DNA of 64,000 bases from the human T2T-CHM13v2.0 reference genome, Homo sapiens. The stretch lies in assembly GCF_009914755.1 (NCBI RefSeq), contig NC_060926.1. One strand, written 5' to 3'. The notes beneath the pieces are model-generated. The model had not been told where the DNA came from. It saw nothing but the letters and a program-made list of their open reading frames with translations, and ran no database searches. The translations under genes and the position numbers were made by a program. Positions 28,346 to 41,186 of the stretch are shown piece by piece; the first letter of the stretch is position 1, and every line of letters starts with the position of its first letter.

Positions 28346-31300
28346 CAAATTAAAATGAAAATTCTGAATTCCTTCCAGTAAAAATACCTGCAATTGAAAA
28401 ATAAATAAAAGTCTCTGAAATTATTATTATCATTATGCATCTGTCATGAATAATTAGGTGTATTCTGTGGGTATTATGTTTTATTTAAAGAGAGTTTTAC
28501 CTGTAACTAAAGATATTTTATAACAAGTCATAATTTAAGAGTCATAAACTAGCTAAGTAGTCTTAGTTAAGTCACACTCTCTGACCCTTACTTTCCTCAT
28601 CTGGAAAATGAGTGGACTGGTCCAGGGTTTTTAGCACACTGTTAGGCTTTAATATTCTGTGATTCTAAAAAAAATTTTTTTCGATCAATTTTTTTGATTG
28701 AAAAACTTCTATGAGATGTTTTTACTTTTGCAAACCAACTGAGAAATATTTCTGATACTAGAAATGCACATTCTCTTAAAAGCTTATTTCTTTAAAAAGT
28801 AGACAATAAAATATATTTATGTTTCTTTATAATGAAACACCTCAATTTGTACTGAAATGTGATGACAACTATTTATCTACTTTAGGTGAATAAAAGCTGA
28901 GAACAATTTATTAGACCATGGAAAAGACTCCTGAATACTAGAAGGTCACAGCCTATATGCTGAGCTGCTAGCAAAACATCTATGTGCTCCAAAGCTGCCA
29001 TTTTTCTTCCTTGACAAAGACTCCATCTGCCACCGAGCCATTTACAGCCTCCAAGTCAGAATATCAATGATTTCCAACCATTCTGCAAGCCTGCTTTCAC
29101 CTTGACATCACCTTTGTAATACATCTACAGCAGATGATACATATATCCCCAACTACAAGCATGAAGCCCATGCTTTATTCACCTGAGAGGTATTTAAGCT
29201 GCTCTCTAAAGTACCATTTTTATTCATGCTAACTTGCAAAAGAATTTTAAAGTGTATATATTCAATTATCTATACACTTACATATACTTTCCTATAATTC
29301 CTTTTGCTTTATGTACCTGAAATCAAATATATTCCTAAAACTTTAAAACCTAAAATGACTTTAGTTTGACATAGTTTTCAATGGCTTAGAAACTAAGACA
29401 ACAGAAGTACATTGTATTTCCATTTAACAATCTGCCACAAAATTATTTTTTATAAAATATTTTATTTCCTTAGAAATTGAAAACACTAAAACAATGAAGA
29501 AATATTGATAACATTTCTAGTTTTGTACTCTAATCAATGTTTTTTAACATTTTAAACAAGTGAAACCCATTTACATAGTAATAAAATAAAACCAGAGAAT
29601 TTTTCAATTATATTTTGTAGAATGCTAACTACCAAGAACTATTAAAAACACTTCTTCCATCCTTTTAAACAAAAGCAGTAAAATCCTTGGCTATAATATC
29701 CGTACAAATGAAAATAAAGTCTTACACTTTTATCTGAAAGTAAATGTTCTCTACCAAATAAATAAAAAATGAATTAAGGCCTATTATGTGCAAAATATTA
29801 CGGGGAGAACAAAAAAGTTTAAAACAAGACTCATGGCCTCAAACTGCGGAAATAATAAATGCACTCATGAACAAGCATCTAAAAAGACAATGCACTGTAC
29901 AGTGATAGGAAGTGTGTTACATAAGAAGGAATTTTGGAATTAGAAGTTAGGGACTTAAGTTTACTTGCATCTCTGCCCTGAAATCTCTAAGTACTTATGT
30001 TAATCATTTAACTCCAGAAAAACCACTAACTCACCTGTAGTTAAGTGACCATTATAAGTGATATCTAAGGTCTTTTTCTGCTCTGGCACTCTCTGATAAA
30101 AGGATTCTGTGTCAAGATGTCAAATGATTACACATGCTACCTGGCCCCAGATTTTACAAGTCACACTCGTTTTAGGTAGACATGGCCAGTACGGAGAAGG
30201 AAATGAGATTTTAGTTGAGTCTCCAAGAATGTGCAACATTAAAATATACATGGAGAGACAGAAAAAGTATCTCCCAGAAAAAGGAAATACCATAAACAAA
30301 GGTGCGAAAAACAAAATCATGACTTCAGATGTGTTTATGTGGCATTGTTATCCACAAAAAGTAAGAATAGGAGACATGATACTGGAGACAGAGAAACTAG
30401 AAAGTAAATTAATATGGCAATCTAAGCATGACCTGATAGGGTGGTGGTGGGAGTGAAAGGAAAACAAAGGATGCAAAAGATATTGAAGATAGATCACAGG
30501 CACTTTTAAGTTTTGATTATTTGAAGCTAGAGAAAACAGCAATCTAAAGTGGTATCAAGAGTTGTTATCTTGTTGTGGGAAATGGTGAAACCATTAACAG
30601 TAATAGGCCTGATACATAATCCTTTTTCTAAAACAATACGGAAAGAAGAATAGAATACATTAAAGAGGATTGAAGAAAGTCACTTAATTTTCAGAAAAAG
30701 AACACTGGACTAGGAATTCGACACCAATACCAGAGTCTCACCGTAAACTAGCTGTGCAATATAGATCAAGTCACTCTGAGGTTTGGTTTTCCAAAATGAA
30801 AGTGCTAAACTTATGATCATTTTCATCATTATTTTCAGCTTTATATATAACACATTATCTTAATTTCCCCACAAACTTCAAGTTGTAGAAGCAGGCAATC
30901 TTTCAAAATCCCTTCTTAATCTTGACTGATTTAACATTTTTTACACATATGAAAGGCTGAAAAGTACAAAGTACTTTATAAACAAAAAAGAAGAAGAAAG
31001 ATTTTCACCAAACAAGTATAACTAATAACACAACTGCCACAAAACTAAAAGCAGAATCAGAGATTTCAGAATTAACCCGGCATTTCTGATCCTGCTTCAG
31101 CCATTAGCTGGTCATTCATTAAATATCCTTTATGAGCAACTAAGAGTAAACCAAAAGATATACAGTTTCCATGTTTAAGCATATCATAACTTTATTGGTG
31201 AGATAAAAATGAATGTATGTGAAACAAAAATGGACTTTTAATGTAGACTAAGCCACATACTAAGAAAATCATTACTTAACATTTCTAACGAAAGCTAAAA

Positions 31301-31561
31301 CTGAACTGTAATCTGAAAACTGTGGTTAACAGAATAAATATTGTAAGTTTTCCTTTAACGAGAGGCCGTAATCAAATTAAAATTCTATAAATATTTCATA
31401 CTGTTATTTTTTGCACAATGATTCCTCATAATTTCAAGTAAAAACCTTGTATCTATTCCTATGTTATGATTCCAAATACATGGGGGACTTATAAAGTGTG
31501 TTTCTGAAGGGATGTGTAAAGCAAATAGAGTAAAACAATTTTATTTACTAAACAGAATTTA

Positions 31562-31935
31562 CAGTCATGCATCACTTATCCACAGGTATATGTTCTGAGA
31601 AACGTGTTGTTAGGTGATTTTGTTGTATGAACATCACAGAGTGTACTTACGTGAACCTAGATGGTAAAGACTACTACATACCTAGGTTATATTGTATAGC
31701 CTGTTATTTCTAGGCTACAAACCTGTACAGCATGATACTGTATGGAATACTGTAGGCAACTGTAACACAATGGTGTTTCTAATAGAAATAGGCCTGAAAT
31801 GTGAATATGAAAAGTATTTGTATAGGTAAACATATCTAAACATAGAAAAGAAAAAGTAAAATTATGGTATTATAATCTTATGGGACAACTGTCATATATA
31901 CAGTCTGTCCTTGACCAAAACATCATTATGCCTCC
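31562..31935. mobile_element. Tigger3a/MER7-type fossil
   Basis: ta|cagtcatgcatcactta...gttctgagaaacgtgttgttaggtgatttt...ttgaccaaaacatcattatg. Confidence 0.85.
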
Positions 31936-31976
31936 TGTGACATTGTATTCTGAAATAATTTGTACTCCAAACATAA

Positions 31977-32259
31977 TTTCTTCTTTTTTTTTTTTTTCTG
32001 AGACGGAGTCTCGCTCTGTCGCCAGGCTGGAGGGCAGTGGCGCCCACCTCTCAGGTTCAAGCAATTCTTCTGCTTCAGCCTCCCGCGTAGCTGGGACTAC
32101 AGGCATGCACCTCTGCACCCAGCTAATTTTTGTATTTTTAGTAGATAAGGGGTTTCACCATGCTAGCCAGGTTGGTCTCGAATTCCTGACTTCAGGCGAT
32201 CCACCTGCCTCGGCCTCCCAAAGTGCTGGGCTTACAGGTGTGAGCCACCACACCTGGCC
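31977..32259 (-). mobile_element. AluS with short internal deletion
   Basis: TSD tccaaacataa on both sides. Confidence 0.93.
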
Positions 32260-32592
32260 TCCAAACATAAGTTCTAAATCAATAAACAATTTTTATAGGG
32301 AAGTAAATTTAACAAACGTAAAAAAGGGAAAAGTTAACTTCTAGAAACTTGTCTTATTTCTTCCATTAAAATAAGTATGCCAATAATAAATAATTAAAAT
32401 CATATACCAGAGCTTATTACTCTTAATTTTTCAGTACTTACTATTAACATATACACAACTAAAGATATAATTAAATTGGCAAGTGCTACATATGTTCCAG
32501 TGAGGTAAATTTTTGCTCTTTGGGAAAAATATTTCTATATACTCATGGACTTTGATCTCCAAGATGACTTCTTGCTTATGAAAAATACACCT

Positions 32593-32919
<327 letters not shown>

Positions 32920-33560
32920 TTATGACTCAATAAACTTTCTCTATTTTGCTTTAAAAGCTCATTATCAGTATGTAAAAATGATCACAGTATAGTACTTAAA
33001 ATAAGACAAACAAAATTAATTAGAAATGTTCTGAGTGTTACCTATAAAAATACAACTTCAGATAATAATGAACCCCAGCTCTCTTTAAAGACATTAATAT
33101 TCTCTCTTCATTATTAACATTTTACTAAAATAAAATCAATTCTTTTTCCACTCCTCAAAGCAAAATCCATGTTAGAAAATGGTCTGCAGCTACCAGGTCA
33201 CTTCTGCAATTGTCTGTCTGAATCTTTAGCCAGTGCTAAACATATCTGTGTGGCAAAGGTTTGTGATTTATTGCTGCTGTAGTGATTTGGTAATTGGTCC
33301 CCAAGTTCTCATACATTAATGCTTTATTTTTAAATGGCACATTAGAAAAGAATAATTAATAGAAAGTAACTGATCCACAGTATGTGTGAAATTATATACA
33401 GATTTGCTGAACACATGAGCAACTAACTACAAATATACATTAAAAACCTGTTTAGTCCAGTGAATATTTATTGTAAACAAGTTTGAGGGGTTAAGTTCCA
33501 ACACTGAACAGACATATGTGAATAAGGTAGTTTTGACCACAAGGAGCTCACAATCAAATA

Positions 33561-33699
33561 TTTATTGATTGATTGATTTTTATTTATTTACTTTTTTTAA
33601 GGCTAGTCAAGCAAAGTAGTGGGAGTGGAGAAAAAAACAAAGAAATCTGTCACTGGTTGTGAACAATTAGGTGTAAACACCAGGGCTCTCAGATCAGCC
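33561..33699 (-). pseudogene. Y RNA (hY3-derived) retropseudogene
   Basis: Reverse complement ggctgatctgagagccctggtgtttacacctaattgttcacaaccagtgacagatttctttg...ctccactcccactactttgcttgactagcctt matches hY3 full length. A-rich tail; TSD acaatcaaata at 33550-33560 and 33700-33710. Confidence 0.93.
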
Positions 33700-34329
33700 A
33701 CAATCAAATACTTTAAATGGAAAATTTTCTAAGTGTTCATATTTTTAATGAAATAATAGCGTATTTAAATTTGTATTTCTAATAATAAATAAAATAAGAG
33801 TATTTCTCAGTAACCCAGAAAGAACAGGCTGAGAAATTTAAATGCATACCATGTGTGTTAGTGAGTGGCAATCAGATCAGAGTGTTCAATCCCTGTGTCA
33901 CACGGAGATAGCTACCACGATGGTTCTGAATTTTTTGCATTTTAAAATTTGTTGAAAGAATAGAAGCATGAGGTGAACTAATAGGAAAATGAAAGCCAAT
34001 GAAGGAAGAAGATCTTCGCTAAATTCTTCAGTTGCGTGTAACTGCTCAAAGTTTTTACATGGCACATCAAGATGTCTTTTTTATTTCAAAAACCAATGTT
34101 AAGAAAAAAAGTAATGATAATTACTTTTATATAATAACCAAAGTGGATACAATTATGTTTTCTGAATTACGACAAAAATTACAAAAACAAACCAGTTTAT
34201 TTGTTGACATTGAAAGAACTTCAAACATCAGCAAACGAAAGCAATCTTTAATATTTACATGTGGTACAGCAAAATTTAATCTATGTTTAATAAACAAAAT
34301 AAAAATATCACTTTAAAATGTCGATATCA

Positions 34330-34728
34330 CGATAGTGAAGAGGCAAAAGCAACCCAAGAGTCCATCCACAGATGAATGAGTAAATAAAATATGGCATACA
34401 CACACACACAGGAGTATCATTCAGCCTTAAAACGAAAGGACATTCTGGCACATGCTACAACATGCATGAAACTTCAAGGACATGATACTGAGTGAAACAA
34501 TCCAGTAACAAAAAGACAAATACTGTATGATCTCACATATACGAGGTACTTACAGTAGTCAAAATCATAGAGACAGGAAGTAAAATGGTGGGTCACCAAG
34601 GGCCAGGGGAAAGTGGTCATGAGGCATTATTGTTTAATGTGCATAGACTTTTAGTTTTGAAAGATGAAAAGAATTCTGGAGATGGATGGTGGTGATGACC
34701 GTACACCAATGTGATTGAACTGTACATC
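34330..34728 (+). mobile_element. L1MB-type 3' fragment
   Basis: caacccaagagtccatccacagatgaatg...catgctacaacatg...gagatggatggtggtgatg. Confidence 0.85.
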
Positions 34729-35349
34729 CCCAAAGGTCTGACTTTCAGTCTTCTTCTGGATAAAGGGATAAATGAGGCACTGTTACCTGTCTGTGTTAAG
34801 TGGAGGAGACTGAGGAATCTAACTAATTGAACAGACTTTGTATGTTTAATGAATGTTTAATAAACATTTCCCATTTTCATATAGTTTTTATATGTAGAGC
34901 TTCGCCTGTACCTATAACTATAACCTTCTTCTTCCCTCCTGCCCATTCTAGAGATACACAGAACTGCTAATTGCTGAGCCTTTCGGAGTTTCAAATGTGT
35001 AAACTGTTTTTTCTAGGCTTTCTTCACTGTCATCTGATAATTCAGTTATTCGGTTCTCTCAATCTGATAATTCAGTTACTATTTATCTATTGCTCTCCAG
35101 CTTCAAGAATTTTGTTGGTATTCATTCTTCTCCTGTTTCTTTGCTTATGCCTTTTTGAAAATTTTTTTTTCCTATATAATTAATGGGGCTTCAACAGTTA
35201 GCTGAAGTAAGTGTGTATGTTAATCTACCATCTTTTTTTAGGAGCCTATTGTCCTCTTCCTCAGTCTCATGAAATCCTTTCTATGTTAGAAATTGTCTTC
35301 TGTAGGAAGAGGCTGGTTTCATGAGTAAATACTATGTGCAATTAACTTT

Positions 35350-35579
35350 TTTGTTTGTTTGTTTGTTTAGGAGGAGTCTCACTCTGTTGCTCAGGCTGCA
35401 GTGCAGTGGCCCGATCTTGGCTCACCGCAACCTCTGTCTCCTGGGTTCAAGGGATCCTCCCACCTCAGCCTCTCTGGTTGCTGAGACTACAGGTACGCAC
35501 CACCATGTCTGGCTAATTTTTGTATTTTTAGTAGAAACAGGGCTTTCACCATGTTGCCCAGGCTGGACTCGAACTCCTG
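35350..35579 (-). mobile_element. 5'-truncated AluJ
   Basis: Perfect 17-bp TSD tatgtgcaattaacttt at 35333-35349 and 35580-35596. Confidence 0.9.
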
Positions 35580-36941
35580 TATGTGCAATTAACTTTAAAG
35601 GTCAATTTTATAGAAAGGCTTCTGATCTTCACCTGAAATTCTGCTATGTCTGCTGTTTTTATCATTTCTTTTAATACTCACTGTATATATGAAATATTTG
35701 CACAACACCACAGTCTTTTTTGATTTAATCCTTGCATGTGGTACTCTGCATTTATTTGTAACTGCATTTTCATTTTAGGAATCTGACTAGATTTAACTTT
35801 CTAAGAGCCTTCCTCCTGCTTCTTGGCAAACACACTTAAAAATCACATCATTTTCTCTATGGTCATGTTGCCCATTCCAGTTGTACAGGCATTCTCATGT
35901 ACCACTCTGGTGTGTCTTACTTATGAAAGTGTCTGCTTAATATTATGGCAAAAAAGCATTGTATATCTATACCTAGGGTTTTGAATTGGGGAAAGATCTA
36001 GGCACCCAGTTGAGGACCAACAGAGGACATTATCACATGATCAGAGATAAATCAATTCCTTTGTTTATAATCATACAGCCCAATACTCAAAAAACATAGT
36101 GGCAAAATTTGCTATGAAGCCTGCCTTCAAAACTTTTAACATTTTATCTTCTCACCTTATGTAAACTTACAAATACAAAAGAAAAGGGATGAGGGAAAAA
36201 GGAAGGGGAAGAGGACAACAGTAACAAAATGCAACATAACGCTTTTTCACTCTCTACTTCCAAGAGAATTCAACTTTTCCATGTGTCTTAAGACAGATAC
36301 TACTTTATTTTCCTATAAAGTTGGAAAACATAAACTGTTTTTACATATTTTTTGCAGCATCAGCATCACTGTTCAAATAGTGATACCTATACTCTGCTTC
36401 AAAACGCAGGGGGCGGAAATCTCCATAGAGTGAATATTTTTGATGTGGCCTTTCCCACCCATAAGGATCATATCATGCTTTCTATAGTCAAAAAACATTA
36501 AACATACACCTCTACTGTGCCATCTACCACAGCTATAATGACCAGTTTATGTGTCTGTCTCTCCAGTAGAAGATAAGCTCCTAATGAAGAAAAGAAGAAC
36601 AGTGCATTTTCTACTTTTATAAATTTAGTAAGTAACTCAAAAAGAACATAATGCTTATTAAATCAAGGAATAAATCATAACCATGAATTTCTCTTCAAGA
36701 TAATGGAAGTTTCTTAAATATGCCAGCAAGGGCAAATAATTTAGGGGCAACACAGAAGAATGCAACCAAAAATATAAATTCATACACAGCATAAAGAATT
36801 TATAATAATGCTTTAATACCATTTATGTACTAGTGTCCTCCATAAAAATCTCCACTAGGAGAAAAGCTGAATATGAAACAGTCTCAAATTAAACATGGTG
36901 GTGGAGGGATTATTAAAATCAACCAACCAAAAAAATCTTCC

Positions 36942-37080
36942 AGGCTAGCCATGGTGGCTCATGCCTGTAATCCCAGCACTTGGAGTCAAAGGCTGAGATA
37001 AGAGGACTGCTTGAGCCCAGGAGTTCAAGACCAGCCTCAGCAACATACTGAGACCCTGTCTGTATTTAATTTAAAAAACT
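36942..37080 (+). mobile_element. FLAM_C-like monomer
   Basis: Left-arm Alu monomer. Confidence 0.8.
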
Positions 37081-37089
37081 AAAATCAAA

Positions 37090-37572
37090 TGAAACATCTT
37101 CCAGTGGCTTCTCTTCACATTAGAAAGAAGCTTAAACTTTTTTTTTAAATGATATCTGCCTACCTTTATTCCCACAGCTCACTACATTCCAGCCTCACTG
37201 GCACTGTGATCACTATAACCTCTGATTTTCACAACACGACACCTGGCTCTTTCTGGTGATTCATTTCTCAACACAAGTGTTACCTCATCAGGGAGACCTT
37301 CCCTGACTGTTATATGTATGTTGCCCTCAATTCTACCTGACTACCTGTATATGCTATCACATTTTCCTTCCTCCATCCCTGTTTGGAGCTCTTATCAATA
37401 ATTGAGAATATTTTACTTATATATTTGTTTACTTCTCCCCAGTAGAAAGTAAACTTAATGACAGAAGAAACTTCATCTTATTGACCACAGTAACCCCAAT
37501 ATCTAGACAGTGGAAACACACAAGCAGCACTCCATAAATTATTTGTAGAATGAATAAATGAGTGAATGAGTG
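37090..37572 (+). mobile_element. L2 3' end
   Basis: Ends ataaattatttgtagaatgaataaatgagtgaatg. Confidence 0.75.
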
Positions 37573-38612
37573 ACAGTATGTGAAGCATACAATATAATGA
37601 CTAAATGAATAAATGGCTAAAAATTCCTACCTAGGAATGTGCTGTCAGGCAGAATCTTTGAGACCAAACAACTTTCCATCTGATAGCTTTCTTCATGTCT
37701 CTTTCCTTACTGAATATCAATACTACAACTGAGGTACACAAAAATAAAGATAATTAAATGAGAGAGATTGGCAGTATATAAGTGGGTTGAAGAATGTGTC
37801 TCATAAGATCACCTCAGGGCACACACTAGCTGATTCTAGAATTCTTTTCTTTCATAATCCTGTTTCTGTCATTCAATCAACTAGCAAGTATGCACTGAGG
37901 ATGATGTTTTCTATTTCTAAATATCCATACTAAGGTCTCTTGAACACAAGTTAGTTTTATATCCTTTGAGAGTATTGTAGCAAAAACAGCATGGTCTTCA
38001 GTTAGTGAAATATGAATTTGAATCTTAGTTACAACCAGTACTAGTTATGTCAACTAGGAGCAGTTACTTAATTTCACTAAGTCTAAGACAAAACGATACT
38101 TGGAAACTATCTGGTATATAAGTACCTTCATTGTTAGTTCTCCCTTAGAGAGCAGGAACTGAAAAGTAGAAGAAATCATAAGAATAGATCAAACCTATCT
38201 TTATTCTAATGTTCACTGTTGAAAACTGTGGTTCACCTGTTTACTGAGAAGCAACAAGTCACAAGCAGAGCTAACAAAATTAATGTAAATGTGACTACAT
38301 TTGCAAAGGGTAAAATCACATCTCTCAACATAGTAGGCATTCATCTGCTGAAATAATAATAACATCAGGTCACAGAAACTTCAGCCTTTAAATTTTTTAC
38401 ACATTTCCTAGATTTGTATTTCTAAGAAATGGGGTGATACAGATGTTAGATCCAAACATTCCTGGATTATGACCTTTGTTTTACTGCTTAATCACTGTAT
38501 GACCTTGAGAGAGTTATTTAACTTCTATAAGCCTCAATTAAAATCGGGTTGTTGATAATTTAAACATACTTCAAACATTTCCCATTGCTCTAGGGTAAAC
38601 AAACAAAAGCCC

Positions 38613-38614
<2 letters not shown>

Positions 38615-38644
<30 letters not shown>

Positions 38645-38930
38645 GTTTTGAGATGGAGTCTCGCTCTGTTGCCCAGGCTGGAGTGTAGTGGCATGATCTC
38701 AGCTCACTGCAACCTCTGTCTCTTGTGTCAAGTGATTCTCCTGCCTCAGACTCCAGAGTAGCTGGGATTTCAGGTGCCCACCACCATCCCTGGCTAATTT
38801 TTTGTATTTTTAGTAGAGACGGGGTTTCACCATGTTGGCCAGGCTGGTCTCAAACTCCTGACCTCAGGCGATCTGCCCACCTCAGCCTCCCAAAGTGCTG
38901 TGATTACAGGTGTGAGCCACTGCGGCCAGC
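38615..38930 (-). mobile_element. AluS with (TAT)n tail
   Basis: Full dimer; degenerate TSD aaaag(c/t)cctt(a/g)tt. Confidence 0.95.
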
Positions 38931-39082
38931 CAAAAGTCCTTGTTATTAAACAAACAGAAGTTCTCATTATGGTCTACTATGTCCTGTATTTTCTGGTTGC
39001 TTATCTCAAACTGCAATCCTTGCTCTCTGTACTCCAGTCATACTGGCTTTTAGTTCTTTCCTTCAAAGTGCTACGTTCCCTT

Positions 39083-39227
39083 CCTATTTATCTGAGTAGT
39101 AACCTTTACTGGAGTTCTTTTTTTCTTCATATGCCTTTAAGTTACTGTCCAGGTTCCTCTCATTTCAGCCTGAAGATCTCCCATTAGGGCATTTCTTATA
39201 GGCAGGTTTACTAGCAACAAATTCCCT
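39083..39227 (-). mobile_element. L1M ORF1 C-terminal end and inter-ORF start, inverted
   Basis: Reverse complement translates REFVASKPA..., like the ORF1p C-terminus LREF..RPALQEML. Confidence 0.7.
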
Positions 39228-39228
39228 A

Positions 39229-40197
39229 TCTAAAATATGCTCAAAGAGCAAAAGGAAACCCATAGACAAAAGAATGAAAGGAAACCAGGAAAACAATGTA
39301 TGAACAAAATGAGAATATCAATAAAGAAACAGAAATTTTAAAAAGGAACCAAATAGAAATTACAGAGCTAAAAGTTATGATAGCTAAAATGAAAAATTCA
39401 CTAGAGGGATTAACAGCAGATATGAGTAGGCAGAAGAAAAGAACCAGTAAACTTGAAGATAGGTCAACTGAGATTATTCAGTCTAAGGAACAGGAAGAAA
39501 ACAGAATGAACAAAAGTGAACAGAGCCTATGGAACCTGTAAGACACCATTAAGTGGACCAATATGCATTATGGATATGCCAAAAGGAGAAGAAAGAGAGA
39601 AAGGAGTAGAAACAATGTTTGAAAAAATAGTGGATGGAAACTTCCCAAATTTGAAGAAAGACATGAATCTACATATCCATATCCACAAGCTAAATGAACT
39701 TCAAGTAGGATAAATTCAAAGAGATCCACACAAAGACACATTATAATCAGCTATTGAAAGCCACAGAGAAAATCTTGAAGGCAGCAAGAGAAAGGCAACT
39801 TGTTATGTTCTTATGTACAAGGAATCTTCAATAAGATTAATAAGCCAGGTGTGCCGGTACATGCCTGTAGTCCTAGCTATTCAGGAGGCTGAGGTGGGAG
39901 GATTGCTTGAACCCAGGAGTTCATGGCTGCCATGAGCTATGATCATACCACTGCAATCCAGCCCAGGCAAGAGAGTAAGATCCTGTCTCTAAAAATAAAA
40001 ATAAAAATAAAGAAGTATGAGTAAGATTAACAGCTGATTTGTCATCTGAAAGCATAAAGGCAAGAAGGCAGTAGAAAAACAAATCTGAAGTGCTTAAAAA
40101 TAAAAAAATCCAAAGAACTATTAACCAAGAATTCTATAATATATCCAGCAAAACTATATTTTGAAAATAAAACAGAAATTAAGACCTTCCCAGGAAA
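39229..40197 (+). mobile_element. Degenerate L1M ORF1 fragment
   Basis: Track ORFs 39296-39541 (coiled coil, LEDRSTEIIQSKEQ..KSEQSLWNL) and 39516-39713 (GEEREKG..NFPNL); ends YPAKLYFENKTEIKTFPGK. Confidence 0.9.
39843..40012 (+). mobile_element. FRAM/AluJ right monomer inside L1 ORF1
   Basis: Right-arm monomer flanked by taagattaa. Confidence 0.85.
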
Positions 40198-40244
40198 ATG
40201 AAATAAATAAGATTAATATTAAAAGCACCTAGCATCATAGTAAA

Positions 40245-40505
40245 AAGAGAAGAAGTGCAGCATAACAATAAAGACACAGGCTCCATGTCAAATGCCTGGG
40301 TTTGAATCCTAAACTTCACTGATTGCCATGTAACTCTGGGAAAATTCCTTAACTTCCCCATAGCTCAGTTTTCCCACCTGTAAAGTAAGAATAATAATGA
40401 TACCTCCCCCTCACAAAGTTGTTCGGAGGATGAAATAAATTAAAGCTATAAACTCATGACAGGGTGCCTGGCACATATTAATCACTGAAATGTTGACTAT
40501 TACTT
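40245..40505 (+). mobile_element. MIR (near full length)
   Basis: tgcctgggtttgaatcct...ctcagttttcccacctgtaaagt...gtgcctggcacata. Confidence 0.85.
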
Positions 40506-40874
40506 ATTATTATCATTATCATTTTATAGAGGTTCTAAAAATTTTAGTTCTTATTTCCTTGAATTTCCCATATTTCTGTGAAACAAACACTGACTATTGA
40601 GGAGGTATGATACAATAATAATCTTTTTGTTTGCAGAAGTATGAATTGGTAAAATAATAAAAATTTATTTTAGGTATGATAATGCTATTAGGCTAAATGT
40701 TCTATCACCTCCTTTAGCAAATCCTTTATTATCAGAGACACTGAGTAAAATAAGTGATAATGAATATACTTTTTTTTTCTCTCTCAAGCTTTGCCTCTGA
40801 GATGCTTATCCTTTTGTGGTATGGACTTATGCTTTTTATATAAACAAATAGCCCCACATTATTATCATACCTAA

Positions 40875-41186
<312 letters not shown>

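Noticed and set aside
33180-33360. Unique segment that might be a conserved non-coding element
   Set aside because: Conservation cannot be judged from one sequence
39296-39713. ORF1p-like ORFs as a functional CDS
   Set aside because: Frameshifted, stop-interrupted and Alu-disrupted fossil
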